A model generated the notes under the pieces. The model did not search any database. It saw only the letters and a list, made by a program, of their open reading frames with translations, and had not been told where the DNA came from. A stretch of DNA of 56,698 nucleotides, the filler included, from Trypethelium eluteriae (taxonomy: Eukaryota): the NCBI GenBank assembly GCA_051942245.1. It is 4 parts of 4 records of this genome, joined end to end, with 100 filler letters (N's around TTAATTAATTAA, not from the genome) between each part and the next. Parts side by side here need not be neighbours in the genome. Positions count along the whole stretch, not along the records: positions 1 to 14,123 come from JAVECL010000703.1; positions 14,224 to 28,332 come from JAVECL010000704.1; 2 more parts are not named here. One strand, 5' to 3'. This document shows positions 11,940 through 22,372 of the stretch, in pieces. Position 1 is the first letter of the stretch. Every line of letters starts with the position of its first letter. Both the position numbers and the translations under genes were made by a program.

Positions 11940-12442
11940 GGCGAGCGATTGGAAATGAAGAGAGTGAACAACTACCTAGAATGACTGCACGGTCAATATA
12001 TTATGCTACCTTTCCATGACTTTGTGGACGCCACTTGATTGGGGAAAAAGGATCTGGAAACAATATTCAAGGGACGGAACCGAATGTTGGGGGGACCAAT
12101 GCACCAATGGGTGGATGGAGCAGTGACGTCGTAAGCTTCTAAGAAGCTCCAAGCTTCAAGGTACTTGCGCCATCCCTGTGAACATCTTTGCCCGCATCTG
12201 CTTTGCCGCAACTGCAACTCTCCCGAGACACAGATCACAGTCTCCGTCGATGCGCGTCGGGATTGCTCAGAACGTCTGGAAATAGGCGCAATATCTCGGA
12301 ATGGTTGCAGATGGGACAGCCGCGCCGTCTTCATTTTGCCACTACATATTACTCATCGCACAGACATCCTACCACGATCCCGTTCAAATCTAATCCTTAA
12401 CCACAGTACTCTTCCTGCTCTTCCATCTCTCATGGACCGGAC

Positions 12443-13672
12443 ATGGTATTTGAGTCGAAGCTCACGAAGACATCCCGAGTCTCAAAATCGCAAAAGAAAG
12501 ACCCCATAAAAGCCCTACGTCGCGCCTCTTCCGGTTCTCCCTTTGCAAATGCACAGCGTCGCAAGCCTTCTCAACCCGTCACAAAGTCACACTCCAAACA
12601 AAATGAAACATCTGAGGAACATGAGGTTGATGCTTTGGTCGACACGGGTATCATAACTTCCCTGCAAATCGACCGACCTGTCAGCAATATCATCGACCTG
12701 ATGCGGTACATCCAAAAGCGCACTTTCAGCGAAGTTCCGGAGCGTGCAGCTGGTATGAGTTCCACACGAATAGCGGAAGTCCTTAACTTCAGACTGAATC
12801 TCCCGCCTGTTGTCTCCGTCGCGCACATCCACGCACTCAGCCCAGCACCGACCGCCGCCGAACGCGAGATCTCCGAGCTTCTGAAGACTGGCACAATCCG
12901 CAAAATTGTCATCTCAGGACGTGGATCCGGTGCTGCTACATTCGGAGAGGGTCTTGTGCTCATGGATGACTGGGAGCGCCTCGTGACGCAAAATGACCAG
13001 CTCAGTGCCGAGCTCAAGTCGAAGTACCTGGAAGTCCTACGCTCCCATCCAACGGCGGTGACGGTCTCAGGGTCGAACTTCACCAAAGGAGAAGCGGTGG
13101 CATTGATGACGGCTGGCCTTTTGACCGCCGCCCACGCGACTAAGATGTCAGATTTCCTCCGTCCAGGCGCGTCGAGTCCGACATCAGGATTGCTTGCTTC
13201 GCTCTCTTCTGCTGGATCGTCAGCTGCGTCAGGATCTGTCGCCGCGGTTGGTGGCATAGGCATTGTACACTCTTCCGGAGGTGGTGGACGAGGTCTGAAT
13301 TTCGAAGACGATGCGTTGGCTGTGAAACACAATCTTGCGCCGTCGCTGCCGAATATCGGGCCATACCTGAAGTTGCTTGTTTCTGCGCGTCAGCACCTCA
13401 TTTCTCTGTTGTCCAAAGCGTCGCCGAGGCATAGGGAGGCACCGCTTTCGCTACTTCGCGAGCGATGGGATGGTGGCATCGCTGCGGACGATCCTGCTAG
13501 TAAGGCTCGTGCCGCGAGAGGCGAAAGTGCAGCGGTCTTGCCTGGAAGGACGAAGAAATGGAGAAGCTTCTGGGGGTTGAAGCTTGAGTGGGTGCTGGAA
13601 GAAGCAGTCGGAGGTGGCTTAGTTGAATGCTTCAATACGCAAAGCGTGGGAGTGGGAATCAGGGCTTTGTGA
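12443..13672 (+). CDS. STK19-family protein (winged-helix DNA-binding, not a true kinase)
   Basis: 409-aa ORF; FSEVPERAAGMSSTRIAEVLNFRLNLPPVVSVAHIHAL, AEREISELLKTGTIRKIVI and C-terminal WVLEEAVGGGLVECFNTQSVGVGIR resemble fungal Stk19-family proteins as I recall them; no kinase motifs. Confidence 0.72.
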   Translation: MVFESKLTKTSRVSKSQKKDPIKALRRASSGSPFANAQRRKPSQPVTKSHSKQNETSEEHEVDALVDTGIITSLQIDRPVSNIIDLMRYIQKRTFSEVPERAAGMSSTRIAEVLNFRLNLPPVVSVAHIHALSPAPTAAEREISELLKTGTIRKIVISGRGSGAATFGEGLVLMDDWERLVTQNDQLSAELKSKYLEVLRSHPTAVTVSGSNFTKGEAVALMTAGLLTAAHATKMSDFLRPGASSPTSGLLASLSSAGSSAASGSVAAVGGIGIVHSSGGGGRGLNFEDDALAVKHNLAPSLPNIGPYLKLLVSARQHLISLLSKASPRHREAPLSLLRERWDGGIAADDPASKARAARGESAAVLPGRTKKWRSFWGLKLEWVLEEAVGGGLVECFNTQSVGVGIRAL

Positions 13673-14123
13673 CTCCGCCCGTCAAAAGTAGGTTGTCTTG
13701 TTATGTCTTGGCAAAACGAATATAAGACCTTTCGACTACGTTCACACAAGTCGGAAACGTAAACGAGCAATCTGTACATGTAGTGCCATATCTAGTGAAT
13801 CTTGACAAAGACCCTACCAGAGCACTTTATGCTTAATCCTGCACATGTAACCCCTTCCTCATCAGTCCCTAGGAACCGAATAGAGAACTCCCAAGCAAGA
13901 GCGCTCATTAGGTGCTCATCTCATATGAAATCTTTACCGCCGAGTTTGATGACATGTAGTTGAAAATAAATCAATTAAAATGAATAGCAAAAGCCCTCGT
14001 TTTTTCTATCAAAATCAATCCCCGAAAAGAAGGAAGGCAAACCCTTAAGCTCTGCACCATAGACTCCAAGAACTACTCGTTCCATGTCAAGCTCTCTCAC
14101 CTCCCCGACCTCCGCTGAAACCC

Positions 14124-14223
14124 NNNNNNNNNNNNNNNNNNNNNNNNNNNNNNNNNNNNNNNNNNNNTTAATTAATTAANNNNNNNNNNNNNNNNNNNNN
14201 NNNNNNNNNNNNNNNNNNNNNNN
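14124..14223. other. Assembly gap spacer (N44-TTAATTAATTAA-N44)
   Basis: Identical 100-nt spacer occurs three times; the 12-mer puts stops in all six frames. Confidence 0.97.
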
Positions 14224-14361
14224 CGACGAACTGACATATCACAGGATCCGAAGCAGTAGTAGTAGTTGCACGAAACCTATATATAGAGGCTCCTACGCCT
14301 GATTTCTAGAGAGATAATTGAGTTCCTTTCCTCGACCTTAGATAAAGATGCTCAAATAACA
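14224..14361 (+). mobile_element. Possible 3' part of an LTR next to the gap
   Basis: TATATATA followed ~75 nt later by an AATAACA end; abuts an assembly break and lies ~300 nt from a Gypsy pol remnant. No TSD visible. Confidence 0.22.
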
Positions 14362-14689
14362 TCAACACCAGTTTGACCGGCTTATGGAAGTAACAAACAA
14401 CTCCCATGTGCGAGCTATGCGACAAAAAAAAGTCTCAGAAAGAGAAAGCCCGTAAAATATTCATTACATTACCTCAATATGTAATGAGTCAATCGTTGCC
14501 TTGGCGCCTGGCGTATTTCCGCTTGCAAAGCCCCGTACTCTATAACAAAGTCCAAGTTCCAAGATCGAAGATCTGATAACCAAACAGTAGCCTGAAATCA
14601 TCTACAAAAGTGTCGGGTTCACTTGTTCTTTGACATGTGTCTTCATCAGAGTCTATCCCTTCGTTGAAATTGTATGCGGAATCGTGCGC

Positions 14690-15340
14690 AGTCCATCATG
14701 GCATCTCTTAATAACGTCATTTTCTTTGTCCGGAGGTATCCGTAACTTTCCCTTTAACATTGGAAATTGTTCGTCCTCGTCATCTATCAGTCTGAACGTC
14801 GCAATCAGCTGTAGATTGCTTGCTAATGGCGAGCCGTCGTCATCGACTTGTAAAATCACGTATTCAGTGGTATCCCCTTGCATCAAATCTGATCTTCTGC
14901 TAAGCGCGTCCGTTCGTGTATCCTCTCGTCCTGGGCTATGTCGAACTATGAACTTGTATTTTCCCAGTAATTCCGACCATCGTACTTGTCGTCGATTCAG
15001 TGCTTTTGTTGTCGTAAAGTGTGAGATTCTTATAGTCCGTGAGTATTTCCAACGAAGGACTTCTCTGTGCGTAAATTCTCTAGTGTTCTAACGCTGATAC
15101 GATTGCCGAAGGTTCTTTGTTACGAATGTTATAATCCAACTCCGCTGGTGCTAGTCGTCTAGAATAGTAGTCTATTGGGTGCCACTTTCCATTGATCAGT
15201 TGTAAGAAAGATGCTCCCAAAGCTTCGTCAGATGAATCGGTTTCCATTCGACTGGGATTGGCTGAGTCGAAAATTGCTAGTATCGGTTCTCTCGTTAATA
15301 GTCTCCTAAGCCTTTGGAATGCGCTCTTTGAAATCAACAA
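14690..15340 (-). mobile_element. Degenerate Ty3/Gypsy LTR-retrotransposon pol fragment (RT C-term/RNase H to start of integrase zinc-binding region)
   Basis: AFQRLRRLLTREPILAIFD, METDSSDEALGA, WHPIDYYSRRLAPAELDYNIRNKE, ALEH*, ILTDYKNL, then after a frameshift near 15020 TTTKALNRRQVRWSELL, RTDALSRR, KLRIPP..VIKRCHD. Confidence 0.9.
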
Positions 15341-16185
15341 GAGACCTTGATCCGTCATCGCCACCTCTTCAGCCTAGTTCCTCCACTGCATAATCCTCTC
15401 GAAGAAGCACATAACGGACCTCCTTCTGAATCGCATATTGTTATTGGTCAGAAGACCCTTGTCACAAAAGTCACAAGGCCTTGTTCTCAATTCGCTGAAG
15501 TAAGTGTTGCCGAGCTTCAAGGGGCCGCGAAATGGGTTCCTAGCGTGGAGGGTTCAAAGGATTGTATTAGCGAAGACATAAGCTGATAAATCCCTGCTTA
15601 CTTCACCAGAGCTAGGCGACACGAGATTCTCGGCGCTGCTGCTGCGTAAGCTCGAGTTTTCGATCTCTCTACTTTCGCACTGACACACCAACTGTTATTG
15701 CGCTGTCCTCATCGTCTTCCTAGGGAACGTAGGATACAATACTCAATGACAAGCATATCAATGCAATGTCTCACACAACGCCGGTCTCATATACCTTCTG
15801 GTATTGCCCAGTGGATTTATTGGCTTTGTTGGCTTTGCTTCACTAGATCTATCAGGTATAAGGCATTCGTTTCCCGGCTGGTTATGCTTTCGGTTTCATA
15901 TATTTGTAAAGGGATCCATTGGATTCCATCTCTGGTAAAAGGAACCCACTTATACGCTTGGTCATTGAGTCGATATGCTATACCTCGATCAAAAGTAATC
16001 CCGCGAAGGACTCGGTGCTCGTCAAAATGCTATCTAAAATCCAATAACGAGTTTGGAAAAAACCCCTAGCTTAGAAAAGCAAACGGAGAGACGGCAATCG
16101 CATTCATTCATACAGTATCACACGATACTTTAGCGTAATTATCCATTCGCTCGTGGATATAAAAGCCATGTCATCTACCTACTAC

Positions 16186-17902
16186 TCAGACTACCTCTTT
16201 CGGTGTTCTTGAATCTATCTTCTCTTTTCTTAGCTTTGTCAGGTATAGATCCGTGCCTAGACATGGCGCAAAAAACATCTTTCCCAGGAGAGAATTCTGT
16301 ATTGTCTTCCCAGCGATAGCGAGCCACGCAATGACACACATCAACGTCAGAACCTGCATAATACGAGTATGAGAGAATGGCCTGAAAGACGGAGTAGGGG
16401 TGAGGACTTACACAGGAAAGTACCTTGAAAAATCGAGACTCCAATTCCTCTCCAATCGTTATTGTAAGAAGTGTGAACACACCTACTCAGTGTATGAGAT
16501 TGATTTAAATCTGCAAGAGAAGATAGATCACTGACCGACGGGAAAAATGAACCCCCACCAACCCATATTGAAGGGGAAGCGACCAGCAGTAGCTATCATG
16601 CTAACAGCGACGACGAACCATACAATTGCAAAGCTCCACAGGATAAGCCCCAGCAAGAAGCCAAGAGTATAGAAGATATCGCCTGCATTAGCTACGTTGG
16701 GTAGACTGCCTTGTAAAGGGAACAATCGTTTGGCAAGCTTGCCTAGGAGTATAATGCTACCTGGTGTTAGTATACAAGATCATAATGAATGTTACGCTTT
16801 GGAGGAGACTGACGAAAAGCCTGAAAGGCCGAGAGGGCCTATAGGCAGAAGGAGCGACACGATGACTTCCCGTTTGAGAGGCTTATGCAGGGTCATGCGT
16901 AGGAAGTAAAGGGTCAGGATGATCCACGAGAGAGGTGTTCCTATGCCCCAGAAGATGTAGCTGATGATCAGTGTCCACAGTCGGTGCTTGTGATTCGGGA
17001 TGGCTCCTGCAACAAGACATCCAGAAGTTGCCGCAATCACTACAGCAACGATAGGAATGAGGTACAGGGCTGTCATTTCCTCCAGCTCGCTTCTTCGATT
17101 CGACATTCTGTTGACGAATTTAGAAGTTTCATGTTGTGAGTGGGCGTTAAAAGTTGGAGCTTGAGTCTGGGACACGAGTGTAAGAGAGAGCGTACTTACA
17201 TTACAAATGTCAGATGGAAACAGGTAGCAAGCGCCATCAGACTGTCGATCCACCATAAGACCCACGCAAGTGTAGCCATACCACGACCCCACGCAGGTGC
17301 GCACACTAAAACAGTCATATTTATTATCGTAGCAAGGCCGACTGGAAAGGTAGCTATGAATAGACTTTGATGTGGATGGCGGAGTACAGCTGGAAAGATC
17401 TCAGGGTGCAGAACATAGCGCAAGCAAGATATGAAAGTAAAAAGAAGGAAAAGAACAAGATTAAGAACGAAGAAAATGACGGAGATAATCTGGAGCCATT
17501 TTCCATTGTATGGTAATTGATGTAGCAGGATCGATACGACGCCGGTGCTCATCGTGATAATGAACCAGCTTTTTGCACCAGGCCACCATTAGCCGAAAAT
17601 GAGCAAGCTAGCGTACACAGTCGAACGTACGAGGGCGTGAAGTTCCTAATGATCCTTCGAAATCCGCGATCCTGAGGATCGTACGCTACAGTATCATGTT
17701 GCTTTTCTCCGCCATGGGTACCCCCTTTCTCGCGGTCAAGTCTCAGACCAAGCGTTCGCTCATTGGAGCGATTGTTTTGCTCTCCTTTCAATGACGGTCG
17801 GATCTGTGATGAAGTCTTCTCGTTGACGACGAGAGTATTTTCGACGTGATAATGGTCAGGGCAATCACTGTCATTGTTGCAAGTACTGATTGAATCTTCC
17901 AT
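16186..17902 (-). CDS. TDT/SLAC1-family transporter (Ssu1/Mae1-like sulfite or C4-dicarboxylate transporter), ~464 aa, 5 introns
   Basis: Introns 17630..17569, 17199..17108, 16813..16757, 16535..16483, 16411..16354; spliced CDS 1395 nt. Motifs RRIIRNFTPSWF, QSLFIATFPVG, HKPLKREVIVSLLLPIGPLG, FPFNMGWWGFIFPVG, MFFAPCL. Confidence 0.9.
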
Positions 17903-18110
17903 TTGACGCAGTCGCAGCGCTGGCGTAATTAACTCTACAGGCAGATTGCGGAGAAACAAAAGCAGGAGTCCAATGGCTTATCAATCGGGCCTTGCCTTGT
18001 TATAAGCTTTCGTATGGAATACTTCAGTGGGGTCAGGACAGGGCAGTATGCAAGTCCATCCGGCAAAGAAATGAAGCTGACGAGGTCTAGAACATTGGGT
18101 GTTTAGCGTA

Positions 18111-18154
18111 TGCAGGGCAAAATCTAGCGCGTGCAGGCAGAATCTAGCGCGTGC
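18111..18154 (+). repeat. Two-copy ~20-bp tandem repeat (core AATCTAGCGCGTGC)
   Basis: AATCTAGCGCGTGC at 18121 and 18141. Confidence 0.8.
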
Positions 18155-18668
18155 GACCACGTGTCTGATTGGGCATGTTGGGTTATTACCCTCGAAGCTA
18201 AGATAGTTTAGTGAATAAGAAGATAACAGATTCTTAACAGAAGGACCACTTATGAATGCTTAGCTTTAGGATAAACCATTAAACAACCAAAATCGGGTGA
18301 GACTAGTCTTTTCCTTGAATATAGGGGTCTCTGCACGTATTTTATGCACCTCGGTATTATCTCATACATGGGTTCAGAGCTCAAGGAACTCCAGACTGCT
18401 CATACAAGGGGTTGAAACACGACGCTATTCACGTGTTTAACTTTGTGCGCAAGTTTTGCTCATTTTTTTATTGTGCCGCTATTTCATGACACCATTGATG
18501 TACATATTTTGAGGAATTTTGTCAATGTGAAAGGTTTGGTCTTCCTTGGGTCTCCGGAGCAAGATCGACCTCCTCATTGGACCTCTAATCATGTGTGTCC
18601 GATCGATGAGAGAATGACTGACGCACAACGAAATTCTGGTAATCAGCGGATCATCTAGAATCTCCAGA

Positions 18669-20374
18669 TTATCGCATAATGAAACACTGCGAGCCTTTCT
18701 CCGATGAACCAACGGCCTCCCAGGCCATTTCAATCTCCAACTCCCTTTCGTTGTCTTTTCTCCTCCTATACTCCACTGATCCGTTGATCTTCTGCCCCTT
18801 TTGGAGTGGTTGACCGGGACTCCTTACATGATCAATAGCCATGAATCCGCTTTGCCAATGGGTCTCCCTGCCGTCCGGACCTGTAGTGAAAGCATTGCTG
18901 CCGTCTACTCGTGAACCCCACTTCTCAGCACGAGCCTCTCCGTCAATGGCCTCATAAGGGGAGGTTAAGAAGAAAGTATCAAACCAAATAGCCCATCCAT
19001 CCAAGGCATCAATGTCTCGATCAAGCTCCACCTCAAAATTCTCCATAAATGTCAAGTCCTCTTTCCGAATCGTCCGCAGCTCCAGCAGCTTAAATGCCTG
19101 ACTCCGCCCCACCACCACCTCCGGCTCCACCCTCCTCACCACCACATCCTCATGCACCCCCTCCATCATCTCTCCCATTTCAAACCCATACACATCCCGC
19201 CAGAACGTCACATTCGCCCCAACCCACTCCGGATCCGCCACCGGCGCCACCCGCAACGTACACTGACTCGGTACCATCAGCCCCCCGTCCTTCAGATAAC
19301 GATCCCTCGCCCAGAGCACCGAATCCAGCATCGCCTCATACAGCAAACAATACCCCATCCACTCACTCACAATGACATCGACCTTCTGCACCGGAAGCAC
19401 CACTTCCTCGATGCGGCCTCGTAAACACGAGACGACGCCGCCGACGCCATTCGCGTGCACGATGGCGCGCGCGCGGTCGATAATGTCGGAGTTGTCGACG
19501 GCGAGGACGCGGGCGGCGCCGGCGCGGAAGCAGAACAGCGACAGGATCCCTGTGCCGCACCCGAGGTCTAGCACCGTCTTCCCCGCGAAGAGGTGCTTGT
19601 TCGTGTAGATGAAGTCGCGGTAAGCGTCGGTCCGCACGCTGTCTTGTAGCATCGTCTGGTGGATCGTGTTGTAGGCGTACGACTCGAAGTAGAAGGCGTC
19701 GGGGTCCTTCGATGGGCGTGGGTTCTCGGGGATGGACGTGGAGGAGGAGGGGTGCGTGGTGGGTGCATTCCAGCGGTCGTCGAGGGTCTTTTCGACGGCG
19801 AGGCGGTAGTCGGCGAATTGGGATTTGAGGGTTGAGAGTTCGGCTTCGAGGGTTTGGATCTTGGTGGATTGGTCGTGGGTGATGCTTTCGCCGTTTAGGA
19901 TCGGTGGTTCATCTCTGCTGGACTCGTCTATCGTGATTTCGTCCAGGCAGAATAGTAGAGCATCATCTTCAAGGATTGGTTGTAGAAATTTGTCATCAGA
20001 AAAGACTTCTTTCGAATTAATCTCTGGCTTGGCGATGCCATCCCCGACCTGACTACGAATGAAGTTGACGAGTTTGATCATGCCATAAAAGTCAAGGCCT
20101 TAAAGTGGGATCTTAGCGTTTGCAATGATGGATAACGGAATGCAGATACTCACACACCGAGATCTTTAACTATCTCCAGAAGATCGAAGTCGTGCTTTGC
20201 TTTACAGTGCTGCAACATTTCGCCCACGCTACGAAAGGTGGCCTTGTCGAGGAGGCTGACAATTTGGATATTCTCTGAATCATCCTCGGCGTCTTCCCAG
20301 CTATCTTCCTCCTGTAGCTCAAGGCTGTCAGAGCTTCCAGAATCAGACCGAGCGCTTTCACCTAAAGATGCCAT
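18669..20374 (-). CDS. rmtB: Type I protein arginine methyltransferase, PRMT3/RmtB-like, ~548 aa
   Basis: Intron 20157..20099. Acidic N-terminus, HCKAKHDFD..LDFYGMIKLVNFIR, YFESYA, MLQDSVRTDAY, VLDLGCGTGILS, VIVSEWMGYCLLYE and THW motif. Confidence 0.9.
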
Positions 20375-20668
20375 TCCTCCTGCAAAAATTGTGGAGGGAT
20401 GGATCCGTGGGAAGTGTTGGTCAATCGCGCAATGTAAGTATCAGAGGAAAAGTCTTCGCAAATGATTGATCGGCGGCGGTTTCTAAGATAACACTGCGCA
20501 GGTTTCATAGGGCACGAAGCACGTACTAACCTTGAAATTACTTTTCCAGTTCATTCTACGATAATGCATGTGTATTGAGTCGTGTAGAGGTACTCTACAC
20601 CGGAGAAACATTGTTCCAGATCTGTCATCTGGTAATCGCCATCGCCATCTCATCCCGCTCTTTGTCAA

Positions 20669-20855
20669 CTACCTTACCGCGGCTGGGGGGTTCCTCAACT
20701 GGTAATTAATACAATGTTATTTTGACTTTGCTGTTGTGGCCTTGTTGACCCATGTTAATACCCACTGAACATGGGTCAACATGGTCATAACAGTCAAACT
20801 GAGGTAACATTGTATGAATTACCAATTGAGGAACCCCCCAGCCGCGGTAAGATAG
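20669..20855. mobile_element. MITE-like ~180-bp imperfect palindrome flanked by TA
   Basis: Left arm CTTACCGCGGCTGGGGGGTTCCTCAACTGGTAATTAATACAATGTTA...TGTTGACCCATGTT pairs with right arm AACATGGGTCAACA...TAACATTGTATGAATTACCAATTGAGGAACCCCCCAGCCGCGGTAAG across a ~10-nt loop. TA at 20675-76 and 20848-49. The palindrome is directly seen; mobility is inferred. Confidence 0.7.
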
Positions 20856-20886
20856 CTACTGGATCAATGTGGACCTCACGTTGCTG

Positions 20887-21897
20887 CTAAGGAACACTCT
20901 TTGTCGATAGAGCAGCAGCCGACTCTTGCAACTGTCCACCGATTTGCTCATTGCTGGGCACGGCAGATATCTTCGCAGCGCTGCCAGCCGACGACATACC
21001 TCGTGTATAGTTGGCCTGCTGCTGAATATAGAAAGACATAGGTTTGGGCTTTTTGAAGTAACGTATGTTGAACTTATCCACTGTCTTATTGGGGTCCTTC
21101 AGATACGAATTGCCATTCTGGTTTGATGGTGCATCCGAAGGCTTTTGGGGGGTTGTGCTAGTGTTGACTGATGTTTGTGGAAAAACTTCTTCACGATTTG
21201 TTCGATCGATTTGTGGCGATGTTCTAGGCTTACGACCTCCAACTCTGGTCTTTCTTCTAGGTCGGCTCGGTCTCACATCTTTATGTTCATCGGCTCCTTC
21301 TGAGACGGTTCCTACGTGTTCCTTATCCATAGCAGACACTTCTCCGTCGCGACCAATATCGTAATTTTTCGAGCTTTCCGGCAAGAAACTTCCAGAGCCT
21401 TGGTTAGATTCATTGGCAATGGTAGACGCGCCTGAACTACTGTTGGTAGAACGATCTCTATGCGCTATCGTCGGCGGCCTATCCAGTCTGTATGGACTCT
21501 GTCACATAAATCGTTAATCCCACTTCAATTGTAAGTTGGTCTTCTGCTTACGAATCTACCATCTCTGTGGCGTCGAACACGCTCTTCATTCTTCGCGCTC
21601 TCACGAATCGTGAATCCAGAGTTCCGCTCCCATTCCTCATTGTATACTAACTTCAGAATTAGTTCTTACACTTTGTATTCGCAGGCTGACGTAGATCTTA
21701 CAGTTTGCGTTCATATTCCGAAGGCGATGCCACTCACTGGAGCCTTCCTTGACGATAGGATTAGGTCTTTCCTCTCCCTGTCCACCCCTGAGCAAGCGGT
21801 ACCTTTCCATTTGTTGCCACCCTTGTTGATCCAACGATAAACCCATCGCCCTGTCCGTTTTACGTCGCTCTCTCGAGCCGCGTCGTACAGTTGTCAT
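20887..21897 (-). CDS. Hypothetical protein, ~300 aa, low complexity/basic, 2 introns
   Basis: Introns 21701..21647 (GTAAGA..CTAAT..TAG) and 21551..21499 (GTAAGC..TTAAC..CAG) join ORFs 21637-21897 and 20887-21384 into a 903-nt open frame. Confidence 0.6.
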
Positions 21898-22372
21898 TTT
21901 GTGGAGAAATTGGATACGAGGATTTTCTTCTCAAATTGCTTCGTATGAGGGCTATTTCCAAAGCTTCGATGCGTGTCTTCTTTGAACCAATAATAACATC
22001 GGTGAAGGAGAGGGGTGTGGATTGGCGAAGAGTTCTGTTATTAAAGGTACTTACAAAGGTATTAAGGTTTCTGGCGGTAGGCAAAACACAAACACACCCG
22101 CACTCACGATTGTACTCACAGCAACACACGAGCATCACATTACAACTCAACCAGGAAAATGTGCCCCAATTGGTTGAGAATATTTAATGGATTGTATAGT
22201 ATAAACCTAATCACCTCGGAAGTACATCGCCGATCACCTACGACCACACACCGGCTGCAGTTAGCAATACCCGAGATATTTTCATCCCATAGTCGAGAAG
22301 AGTTCCTACAACACGCGCATCGCTCCACATGTCCCAAATTGCGCTCTTCGCTACGCCGGTGATGAGAAAAGT

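Noticed and set aside
14168..14179. TTAATTAATTAA palindrome recurring three times
   Set aside because: Always centred in identical N runs; an artificial six-frame-stop linker.
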